From the NCBI RefSeq assembly GCF_016433145.1, contig NC_058130.1, positions 738,225,051 through 738,289,050 of the forward strand: a stretch of 64,000 bases of DNA. The letters run 5' to 3'. How positions within the stretch are numbered: position 1 is the stretch's first letter; every line of letters begins with the position of its first letter. The translations under genes and the position numbers were made by a program. A model generated the notes under the pieces. It saw nothing but the letters and a program-made list of their open reading frames with translations, was not told the DNA's origin and made no database searches. Shown here one piece after another: positions 9,518 to 22,000 of the stretch. Source of the stretch: Gracilinanus agilis (taxonomy: Eukaryota).

Positions 9518-12500
9518 CTGGGAGATGGGGAAAGGGGAGGTAAAGGTTAGTAAGGCAGAGCACTGGATGGATCAAAACCCATGTTAGAGGGGAAGATAAG
9601 TTGTGGCCAGGATGAGGTGGGAGATAAAGGGGATGCTAGAGAGGACCGAAGGGGATGGAGATGGAGGAAACAAAGGAAATGACTAAGGGATGAGGAAGGG
9701 AAAGGGAAAAAGAGGGAGGGAGCAAGACCCGCTGGATAGCAGGGGGCACAAAGAGAGGAGAGATGGTTCTCTGGTGGAGAACACAGTGTGGGGTGTTTAG
9801 TACACCATTGAGGCCCACCAGCAAGAGGCTGTTACTGGATTGGAGGGGAAGAAAAGGGGCCAGATTGGGGAGAGGGGGAGGGGGCTCAGGGAGAGGGCTG
9901 GTAAGGTTAGGAAAAGGTCTTCCACCTTACCCCAGCCCTGAGTCACCCAGACACCAGAGCCTGAGGGGGAGGCTCTGGGGGAGGGGGAGTTACCCTGGGC
10001 TCTGATACGGAGGGGTGGCCTGTGGGAGCCTACAAGTCCCAGCATGCAGTGCGTCGCCTCGGTCCAGCTGCCAGCCTGCCCAAGCTGAGAGACTCTGCTC
10101 AGATCAAGACAAGAGTTATGGGGCAGGGAGCTCCTGTCCTGATGTGAGGCTCAGGAGGGGGCCAGAGACACCAGCCATAGGGTGTATGGACCCCAGCCAG
10201 GGAGCCCACACTTTGAAGTCCTGCCTCCTCTTTTCTCTTCCTTTCTCCCTTCCACTCTGACCATGGGGACTTCTCTTCTGCCCTTGTAGGCATCATAAAT
10301 ATGGGGCTCTGGAGGGGGCCAGCTTGTGGAACAGGGTCCGAGAAATAGAACACCTGGGGGGGGTGGAGTCTTTTCCTTGCCTGTCTCCCTCTGCAATTAT
10401 AGGCACAATCCCGTATTTGCTCTGAAGACAACCAGAGCCTCCCAACAGAAAGGAATAGGTGATAATAATGGAAGACAAGTCTTTGGTTTGACATCTTCCA
10501 AGAGCCTTCACCTCCATTATCTCAAGGAGTCCACACAGTAGTAGGGCAGCAGGGATTTTTACTCTATTTTACACATTAGGAAAACTAAGGTTAGGAAAGA
10601 GGAAGGGACTTATTTGCCCATGGTCCCCCACTGAGATAGTGGCAGAGGGAGGACCACAACCCAAATTTCCTGATTTATTAGGCCAGGACTCCTGCCATTC
10701 ATTTTGCCACAGGGCCCATCAACTGTCCAGAGGTTTGGATGAAGGATGCCCTGTTCTCTCTCTGGTCTGCTCAGGAGTAGCTAGAGCACTTGTCAGGAGC
10801 CCTACAACTCATCCCAGGGAAGGTCAGATTGCTCTCTAGAAGACTAGAGGTACTATACTCTTTTTTTTTAAACCCTTACCTTCCAGTTTACAATCATTAC
10901 CATGTATTGGTTCTAAGGCAGAGCAGGAAGGGCTAGGAAACGGGGATTAAGTGACTTGCCTAAGGTCACAAGGCAAGGAAGTATATGAGACCAGATTCAA
11001 ACCCTGACTCTAGGCCTGGCTCTCAATCCTGAGCCACCCACCTGCTGCACTCTACTCCTTTCTTATCACAGTGAATATGGAAGAAACTTCATGGAAATTT
11101 GCCAGGAAGTCCAAGACCCTAGGAATCTCTCCTCTAGTCACATTAGCTTGTTCTCTTGAAATACCAGGGCCCTGGCATAAAGATGGAAGCATGCCAGTAG
11201 AGGGAATGGATGGCTTCTCTTCTTGGAAGACTGGAAGGCAGGTGAGAGAAGCAGTGACTTGAGAAGTCAAACCCCGAGGCAGGCCTGTGACTCACCTCGG
11301 CCTTGAGCTCGTCAATCTGATCCTTGAGCTCACGGATGTACTGGGAGGAGTCTGAGTGGTTCAGCTGCCCCTGGATCATACCTTCTTCTCTCTGTAAGGC
11401 AAAGCGTTCCCATCCTAAGTCACTGCATGGAGAAGAGAAGAAAAAGAAGACGAGGGCTTCCCCACATCAACCTCTTCTCTTTTGTTGAGTCCTCTGACCC
11501 TTGCCTTGGTCCCTCACCTGAATCTCCAGCTCTGCAATTCGCTGCCTCATCTCTGCTACAGCAGCCATGCTGTCTGCCTCCCGGAGCCTTACTGCCATCA
11601 CCTCCTCCTTGCTCTGGAGGGGCAAAAGCAGCAGGAAAGCATAGGCAGCTGACTCAGGGGAGGGAGGGATGGACAGAGGGAGGGGCAGTAGAAAGGGAAT
11701 GGATGGAGGCCCAGCAGACGGGGCTACAGGGTAAGCCCTAGGAAGATGGGGATAGGCCTCAGAGCATGCAGGGAAGCCAGCACAGCTGGGGGCTGGGGGG
11801 CAGAGGCGGGGCCCACCTTACACTCAGCCTCAGCATGCTTGCGTTTGCTCTCACTCAGTTGAGTCTGCAGGCCTTTGTTCTGAGCCACCAGGTAATGGAG
11901 CTTTTCCTGAAGGCCTGCACTCTCTGCTTCTACCCGGTTCAGCAGGTTTCGGTGGATCTGGTCCTAGGAGGAGGGGGAGTCACCAACAAGTGACCAAGTG
12001 GCCCCAGACAATGCAAGGGGGAGCCTAGAGCCAGAAACACGGTCTAACAAAACCAGGTGACCGTTAGCCTGTAACTGCAAGCAAATGAGGGGAGCCGGAG
12101 GCGCAGCCCAGTGGGATTCATGAAGTGCATATAGGGCAAGAGGATGGCCTGGGCTTGGTAGTAGGCTGAAGGTAGGGTGATGACGGGGAACACGGGGACA
12201 TTTCTCATTCTGGGGAGGTTCTCTGACCTGTGTCTCCAGTTCCACCACTCGTTGCCGAAGTTCCCTCCCTTCAGCCAGAGCATGGGCCTCTCGCAACCGG
12301 ACGGTCATCAGTTCATCCTGTAGGTCACTAATGGCCAGTTTCCGGGGAGACTCCTTCCATCTCCCTCCCCGAGAGAGGTGGGCCTATCCATAAGGGAGGA
12401 AGGGTCATTAGGATTTAGAGCCAGAAGAGACCTTAGATGGAAAGATAAGCCTTCTGGAATCTCTATGCAACTCCTAGAGTATGAAATGACTTCTAAACTT

Positions 12501-15500
12501 CTTCCAAATAAGACCCTGTCCTGGGGCTGCAGTACCAGAAAGATGAAAACATAAAGGTGAGAGAGTGGGGGGGTGGCCTCTGCCTGGATTTGTCCTCTGG
12601 GGAGCTTCATGTGGTTGGCCTAACTGGGGCTGTATTTGAGGGTCCTCCCTGTGGAAGCTCCTCACCAATATGAGATGACATTTCTGTGCGCTTTTATGCT
12701 TTACAAAGCATTTACATTATCTCACTGCTTCTCACAACAGCTCTGGGAGGGAGTTAGTGTAAAGCATTTGCACATTTTAAAGAACTATATAAATGTGAGT
12801 TACTTTTATTACTTTAGTCCTCCAGAATATCTGTCATTCGCCACCCCTTGGTAGATAGCTTTATGAACTCAAATCACGATGGGGCCTGACCTGTCCAGGA
12901 GTTTCTTGGACACTGGCTAAGCTGAATTTCACACCATTCTCTGGTACAGGTACAAGTAAGGAGATAAGAGGCCTGGCTAAACTCACTCACTCACTCACTC
13001 TCTCTTTCTCCCCTTTCCTTTCTTCCTCCTTTTCCCCCTTTCTTCCTTTATTTCTTTCTTTCTGTCTTCCCTTACCTTCTGTCTTAGAATTGATACTAAG
13101 TATTGGTTCCAAGGCAGAAGGGTGGTAAGGGCTAGGCAACTGGGGGTAAGTGATTTGCCCAGGGTCACACAGCTATAACTAGATTTGAATAGGCAATAGT
13201 TTCCAGGAAGAAGGGGGAATGGGGGCTAAGGGCCAAGATAAGACAAGCACTTGTCCAGAACGAAGGTGCCCATTGCTTCACTGTCTCTTGCCCTGGTCAG
13301 ACCCCATCTGGAGGACTGTGGTCAGCCCCAGAAACCATATTTTAGGAAAAATGTTGAAAAAGTTGAAATGCATCCAGAAAAGGGTGCCTGGAAAGCTGAC
13401 TAGATTAGAAACCATGCTATACTTGGTTCAGCTAAAAGAACTGGGATTCTTACTTGGAGAAGAGAAGACATGTGGGAGACATTAGTGATCTTCAGTGATT
13501 TAAGATGTCATCAGAAAAGAGGGATTAGACTTATTTTTTTTTAAACCCTTAACTTCTGTGTATTGGCTCCTAGGTGGAAGACTGGTAAAGGTGGGCAATG
13601 GGGGTCAAGTGACTTGCCCAGGGTCACACAGCTGGGAAGTGTCTGAGGCTGGATTTGAACCTAGGACCTCCTGTCTCTAGGCCTGGCTCTCAATCCACTG
13701 AGCTACCCAGCTGCCCCTAGACTTATTTGACCCCAGAGGGCAACAATGGAAGGAAACTGCAAAGGAGTACTTTTAGGCTTGACATAAGGAAAAACTGTCC
13801 AACAATTAAAGTTGCCTAAAGTGGAAAGGGCTGCTTGTCATGTTCCTTAATTTTCTTTTTAACATAGCAAATTGCTCTCAAGAAAATGACATCTTGTAAT
13901 GGGGAATGGGTTCCCCTTCTCAGGAAGCCTTGGGTTGTAGACTTAATTACATGGAAAAGCAGCAGTGTACAGGGGATTCCTGTTCATACAAGGATTGACA
14001 AAATGGCCACTGAGATTGTGAGATTCAACAGACATGGAGTCTGCAGCCAGATTCCCCCCTCCAACCTTCTCTCTAGCTTGGCAGGAACTGCTAGAGCTTG
14101 CTCAGCCGGCACAGCCTTCTGGAGGCTGGGGACAGCTCTACCCTCTTGAGGAGTGCTAGAAGAAGACTCTCTCTAATGGAGTGAACACTGTTAGCCTCGT
14201 GTTAGCCTCAGGAAAACCCAGGCTCAAGAGAGAAAATGGTGTTGCCCACATGACAAGGAAGTGGCAGGGATATCACCTGAACTCGGGTTTCTTGACTGCC
14301 AGTCCAGGACAGTGCAATGCACCAAAGAAAGAGGGAAATCCTTCCAGGGAGGCCTGGGGCTCTTGCTGCTCTCACCTGCCAGCTGTCTGTGAGTTCCTGC
14401 ACCTGCAGTTTCAGCTCTCGAAGAGAGGCCACGGCCTCACTTTCCCGAAGTTTGAGACCTTTAAGTTCCTCCTGTAGTCGGGCCACATTGTTCTCATCAG
14501 GAAGTGAGTTGTTCCTCTAGGAAGGGCAGCAGGTGGAATAGTCAGTCAGTTCCAGGTGGAACAGTCCTACACTACCCCAACCAATGAAACTCTCCCCAGC
14601 TCCCTAGCTAGGTTCCACAAGCAACCATTCAGGAAGTGGCAACCACTGTTATTTAGGGAACACTTTAAAGTTATATGGTGCAGGGGTGACCATGTTGTCT
14701 CTAATCCATCCACTCTAGTGGGTCTCTACATTGCCTCCAGGATCAAATAGAAAATCCTCTTTGGCTTTATAAGCCCTTTAAAACTTCATCCCTTCCTACC
14801 TTTCCAGCCCTCTTATACCCGACTCCCTCCATGAACTCTACAATCATGTGACATGCTTCATTTTTGTTTTTCAAACAAGACACTGTCTCTTTCTTTTGCC
14901 TAGTGATTTCCCTGAAGTTTCAGCTAAAATCCCACCTTATACAAGAAACCTTCCCAATCCCCCTTAATACCAGTACCTTCCCTCTTTGGATTCTTTCCAA
15001 TCTATCCTTTCTCTATCTTGTTTGTACAAAAGGTGTTTGCACATTGTTTCCCTCTTTAGATTGAGTTTTCTTGCAGGGTGGATTTGTTTTTTGCCTTTGT
15101 ACCCCCAGTTCTTAGGAGGTGCTAAATAAATGCCAGTGATTTGATATTACAAAGTGCTTTCCCTCCAATAACCCAGTGAGGCAGGTAGTACAAGTAAGGA
15201 CATCACAGTTTGTCTTCCTTCCTTCCTTCCTTAAACCCGTATCTTACATCTTAGAAACAATACTGTGTATTGATTCTAAGGCAGAAGAGTGGTAAGAGTT
15301 GGCAATGGGGGTTAAGTGACTTGTCCTGGGTCTAGCCCACAACCAGGAAGTGTCTGAGGCCAGATTTAAATCTAGGACCTCTGTCTCTGTCTGCTCTCAA
15401 TCCACCGAGTCACCTAGCTGCCCCTGACAATTTTTCAGTGGGGGAAATAGAGGTTCAGAGAAGTTCTGATATGTCTAAGGTTGCAAAACAAGCAAGTGTT

Positions 15501-15989
15501 GGAGCCAGACTTTGAAAGGTCTCCTCACTTTATGACCAAATCTCTTCCCGATACACTATAGTCATCAAGAGTTTTCCCTCAGTGATAGGAAATTCCTTCT
15601 GTTCATTAAATCTCCTACTCTGCAAAATTATAGCCCAATCCCTTTCCCCTTGTTCAGATTTCTGTGTAGAGGAAACCTTAAGACATTAATATAAAATTTC
15701 TTTTTATTGACCCCCAAATAGCCTTGCACAATATCCATCATGCTAAGAAAGGTCCAGGTGTGGAGGCAGAGCCAATCATAGTTACATTCTGATTGATATC
15801 GAGAATGAGTGACATCAGATCACTATACAAATGGCTGTGGGGAGGATTCTAAAAGCACTCATTTTAGAGCAGTAGGAGAAGGGCTCCAAGTTTTGATGCA
15901 GGTAGGGAGTAGGTGAAGGAGAGGCAGGGTATATTCTAATCTTCTTCTCTCTAGATCAGTGGTTCCCAAACTTTTTTGGTCTACCACCC

Positions 15990-16061
<72 letters not shown>

Positions 16062-19000
16062 AAACCCTTAACTTCTGTGTATTGACTCCTAGGTGGAAGA
16101 GTGGTAAAGGTGGGCAATGGGGGTCAAGTGACTTGCCCAGGGTCCCACAGCTGGGAAGTGTCTGAAGCCAGATTTGAACCTAGGACCTCCTGTCTCTAGG
16201 CCTGACTCTCAATCAACTGGGCTACCCAGCTGCCCCTGTACCACTCCCTTTCCAGAAAAAAACATTACTTAGCGCCCCTGGAAATTAAATTTTTAAAATT
16301 TTAATAACAATTAATAGGAAAGATAAATGTACCTGTGGCCATCACTGCTCCCTTGGATCGCTGCAGCACCCACCAGGGGGTAGTGGTGTCCCCTTTGGGA
16401 ATCACTGCTCTAGATGAAAGGGCACTTCTTACAGGGCCTTTTTGGCCTCCTCTAGGGTGGAGGGCTAAATCAATAACTTGAGGAGGAAGGGACTGGTCTA
16501 CTATAGAAGGTATCTAAAGAGGAATTGATTCCTGCTCATTAGCAAGCTCCAGTTTGGAGAGTGAAGTCAATATGAAACTAACTGGGGTGAGAGCCATGAT
16601 TTCTGGCCCCTGCTCTTCTTGCTTCTCTGCTGTCTATGTCAGGGCAGGAAATAAGCCAAATACATCCTGCCTCTCTACTTTAAAGAGAAGCCCCTCTAAG
16701 TTGAGGCTGAGGTGGAGAACTCATAAGGTTGGCCCTAGCTTCGTATATACTGCTCAAATTCGGCAGAGGAGGCAGGGTCTCCGGGGCCCACAATGACTTT
16801 AGCCTTCTGAATGGCTGGCATATTCCAAACAGCAGTTCCCATATTTTCTTGCGTCATTGAAAACACACAAGACACCATTAGGAATATGTTTAGCCCAAGG
16901 TTCTTTTCTATCTGAATAGGAGCCTTGAAATGAAAGATAAGCCAAATCTACAAGCAATGCCCAAGAAAGAAGAACACAGAAGGAAAACTAGACTTGGGGG
17001 TAAATCTGGCTTGTAATCATTATAAAAATTGCAATGATCAAACTGATATTTATACATCATTTTAAAGTATTCAAAGCACTTTCTGCATGTTATTCCATGG
17101 AGCCTCACCACAACCCTATAAAGGAAGGTTTTATAGGTGAAGAAACTAAGGCTCAAAGAAGATCAGTAACACACATAGCCATGCTAGTGTTTGAATTGCT
17201 ATTTGAACGCAGGCCTAATTGCAAGTCCAGCACTTGAGCTGATACATCACAAAGTAATGTTTAAGCTGGCTCTGCTTCTGAAAATGGCCCTTTCCTTAGT
17301 TGAAGACTGGTATCTCTAACCCATCTCCTCATCAGATGGCCCACAGGAGTATTTCTGCCCAGAGACACGATTTGTGTGTCTCTCTCCATGCTGTGGACAC
17401 AGAACGTGATCACAAAGAACTGACTTTTTTGGGACTGCATTTCCAAGTATGGGCCTCACTGCTTTAGAGCCAAATTTTTTATGCAATAATTTATATGTTG
17501 TGTGTATATGTGTGTAGTTCATTTGTCTACAAGTCTCTATGCACATATATATGTAGAAAGTTGGGGTATAGGAGGGGAAGGGAAGGAAAAAGTATGCCAC
17601 CTGCCTTTCTCCCAAGTCATACTGGTAATGATAACTAAGCTATTTACCCAGTGCTAATGTAGAAACAACGTTTTAGAAAAGTCTGTTTGCATAACTATCT
17701 GGAGAGAGGAGGCTTGTGTAGGAGATAAGACACTTAAGCTTTTCAGCTTCACATTTTCTACCTCTATAAAACAAGGGATTGGACCAAATGACCTACGTGG
17801 TCAGAGTGGCAGAATCGTCAGCAGCAAAATCCCTTGATTCTGTATGTAACAGGACTGGGGATGAATGTACAGATATGAGACTTTCTTCATGTCTTTGCTA
17901 AAGCCCCTCCTTTTGCAAGAAGCCCTTCCTAGCCCTCTTTAATCTCAGTGTCTTTCTGCTGAGACAATCCCTAATTTATTTTGTATGTATCTTGTTTGCA
18001 CATAGTTGTTGTCCTGTCATCTTCCCTATTAGACTGGCAGCTTCCGGAGGGTAGGGACTGTCTTTAGCCTTTCTCTGCATGCCCAGTGCTTAGCACAGAG
18101 CCTGGCACATAGTAGGTGCTTAATGCCTGCCAACTGACTGACAGGCAAGTACTTGGAGATCCTCAGATAACTTTGTGGAAGATGATCCCAAAGCCTTGTA
18201 TACTGTTTCCCTGGGCGATAGTCTGGTTCTATAACTATATCTCTAACCATCATACCTTCAGTCTAAAGGCAAAACCAGACATCTGGTTTCTTGGCCACAG
18301 GCCTTAATTCTCCCATTTCAAGACTAGAAATAAGATCTGGGTATCTGGTCTTTCTGTCCAGGGCCCTGACTACCCACCTCAGATTTGGGAATAGGATTCA
18401 CGCATTAGAGCTTTCCACCCAGAGCCCATATCCCTATTTCTGGGGCTAGAAAGGGTGATTTAGACATCTTTTTACTCTGTTCTGTGCCAGTTCTGCCTCA
18501 GATCTGAGAAAAGGATCCAGATATCTGGCCTCTCTGTCTTTGTACCTCAACTCTCTAAATCCAAGTTCTTTTTTCTATTCTTCTTCAGTTCCGGGGTAAT
18601 GGTTCTCAGTACTCTCTGGGGGCCTCTCTCCTAGCACTTGGAGGCAGGAAGGAAATGGTGTGTGTTGGGAGGGTGGTGTTGGTGATGGTGGTAGGAGGGT
18701 TTTAGGCTCATGACTTAGAAGGTACCACAGATAACACATTTACCAAGGTTTGCAGAGTGGAGACTGACCACAGGGGAGAGGAAAGCCAGAGAGGAAAACA
18801 AGGTGGCGGTGGTATGGCAGTGGAGGGGAGGAGAGGCGGGGTAGTGGCACTGGAGGGTAGTAATATAGGAAAACCCAGAGGTTTGCTCTGAAGCCACAGA
18901 AACATAGCTATTTTGGGGAGGGTAGCTTCTGTCTTATCCTATCCCATGTCATCCAACAAAATCAACTGCTATGCTAAGGTAAGGAAGATGAGTAGGCTAC

Positions 19001-22000
19001 AAAAAAATAGTTGGCAAAGCCTTTGGTCCTCTCCAGATCCACCTTTCTGTTTGCTAGTTCCAAGGTACCCCTCTTCCTCATGGGCCCCACCTTCTCCATG
19101 TCCAGGACTTTGTCCTGCATTTCCCGAAGGGCACTTAGGGTCTCTGTCTCCCGCATTCGAGACTGCTCCAATTCTGTCTCCAGGTGGGCCACAAACTCTT
19201 CTGTCAGACGAGGGTTATCCTGCAAGGGATAAAACATATGATAGGGTAAGATAAGAACCTTCAGCTATATTCCTAGCGGTGTAGAGTCCAGAATAAATGA
19301 GGCAAGAGTTCTGATGGTTTTTGCTTTTTTTTTTGACTAGGCATCAGTTTTGAGGAAGGTTATTATTTTGAGGAAGGTTATTAAGCATGTAGAAAGAAGG
19401 CTGGCCAAAATAATGAGGTTACTGATGAAGACTGGTTGAAAGAATGGGAGAGTCAGCCTGGAAAAGAGCAGGTTTAGGGGAGGGTAAGAGCACTGTCTAC
19501 AAATCTATGAAGGGTGATCACAAAGAGGAGGGAGATTTCTTCCACTTCTCCCCAGAAGGCAGACCTAGGAGAAATTTATAGAAACTGCAGAGAGGACTAT
19601 TTTAGGGTTAGGGAAAATTTTCCTAATGCTTTGGGAGCTATCCCAAAGTGCAAGGGGCTGCTTTGGGAGCTCTCTCTGAGTGCACATCAAATGGAAATTA
19701 GTTGATCTCTTGTTGGGAATTGTGTAGAGGTGATGCTTGCTCAGGCACAGGCTGACTTCTGAAGTCTTTCCATGTCAGAGACCTTCGGGATCCCAGTTTT
19801 TGGTCATTTCTCCTTTTGGGGCCTCTGGACGTTCTCTAGAACCAGATGCTAGGCCTTGAAATGTAACTCTGGGCATTTATTGCCGATTCTAACTTTTCAA
19901 CCTGTGCCTCTGCCATCTGTGCTCAGTTTCACCACAACCTGTTTGGGGGCCAAAAGGGGGAAATAAAGTATATGCAAGTGGTAGGAAGTATAGAATTATC
20001 ACCTCGTCAACTGAACTAAGAAAACTCAGCTGATCAATCAATATTTATTAAGTACCTCCTATATGCTTATGTGTTCTATATTAGCATATTCTACATTAGC
20101 ATAGTGCCAGGCTAGTGTTAAGTATTGGGGGTACAAAAAGAGGCAAAAGACAGTCCTTTCCCTCAAGGAGATTACAATCTAAGGAGGAAGATAATTTTGT
20201 GTATGTACATAACTATATCTATGCAAAGAAATTTATACAAAGCAAGCTATACATAGGATAAACGGAAATAATTAACAGGGGACAGGGAAGCTAGGTGGCT
20301 CAGTGGATAGAGTCAGGACTGGAGATGGGAAATCTTGGATTCAAGTTTGGCCTCAGACATTTCTAGCTGTGTGACCCTGGGCAAGTCACTTAACCCTATT
20401 GCCTAGCCCTTGCCATTCTTTTGCCTTGGAACCAGAACACAGTTCTGATTCTAGGACAGAAGGTAAGGTTGTTTTTTTTTTTTTTTTTGTTTGTTTTTTT
20501 TTAAAGATAGAACGAACTCAAGTGGTAAGGAAGACAACCTGATAAAACATCAGATTCACAAGGGACATTCTGGAATAGCAGAAATAATTCTCCCTCCACA
20601 ACTGAACTTGCTTGGAAAAAATAGATAAATCAAATTGGGAGAAGCTTGATTTCCTTCAAATTTTTTCCTAATATCTGTGGTACCTACCCCATAGGGCTGT
20701 AGTGAAGATCAAATAAAAAAAATGGATGTGGAGTGTTTTATAAACTTGGAAGCTCTATGGAAACATTGGCTCTTATTACTCAGTTGGTGATGTTTAAGTA
20801 CTTAATAGAGTATAATCACTTAAATGTTTTCTTTCCCCTATTCTACTCCACCCTATATCTCCTTTCCACCTTTCTCTTGTTCCCATAGTTTCTCTCAGTT
20901 ATGAGTTCCAGGGTTCCCCCTTAGGGCCTTTCTAAAATCTGTTTCCTCTTGCCATAACAGAAATTTAACCCATTTCCTCATGTCTTTTGCTACATTCCAC
21001 TTTCCATATCATATACATCTGAGGCTGTTAGAACTAGAAAGGATCTTAGAGGCCATCTAATCCCTGCAATGTAGGGATGAAGAAGGTGAAGAAGCCCAGA
21101 GAGATTTATGTGAACTGTCTTGAGGCTTGAGGACCTTTGTGCCTCTCACCTCCTACCAAACTATTTCCAGGCTGAATCATCCTTGCTCTTTTAACTTTTA
21201 CTAAAACCTTCTTTTTCAGATGTTTAGTCTCACTAGCTTGTGTGCAGAACAGCCCCTAGGCCTTTCCTGTTTATACCAGGAACTGTAGAATAGAAGACAA
21301 CAGCTCGTTTTTTACCTTGCTAAAGCTTTATTGTGAGAAAAAAGTTAACAGATTCCTCCAACAGGGTGTTCTGTTAGCTCCAGAGTGAAGGCAAACATAA
21401 CCACAAAATGGAGAGGAACGGAGGTTGAGGGGAAGAAGTCTGAGTGGGGAGGAAGGAACCGTTGTGGGGTTTGTTCTGCAGCTGTTGACTGTTTATCAGA
21501 TAAGAAAAGAATCAGAAGCTGGAAGGAACAGGACAAATGCTTCCCTGTGACTAAGGGGGACTCCACAGCAGTCCTCTAAACTTAACACACACATACACAC
21601 AGGCTATAGTGGTGAGAAATATTTTCCTTCTTGAGAGCCAGAGGTCCTGGATTCTAACCCAGATATCCTGATTTAAAAGCCCCTACTTTTAACCTCAGTT
21701 GCTACTCAGAACAGAGGAGATACTAGGCCAAGGATGAGTTAGACCAGATTCATAATTTGGCTAATTGTCATAATTTTGGTTAGTATGGCTTGGTTGATCT
21801 AGATGACCTCTGAAATCCCTTCCAACTCTAACATTCTAAAACTCGAATCCTCTGCAACCACATATCTCCCAGAGTCCTAATTTTGTCCTCCAGATCTGAC
21901 CTGGCTGCCTCCATTTAAAGCTCTTTACAGCTCTGCCTCTTCCTATCTTAATAGTCTTCTCTTTTACTCCTTCCCCTCCATGTACTCTACAAGCCAGTAG

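Noticed and set aside
20285-20360. tRNA-like A/B-box sequences
   Set aside because: They are SINE heads, not cloverleaf tRNA genes.
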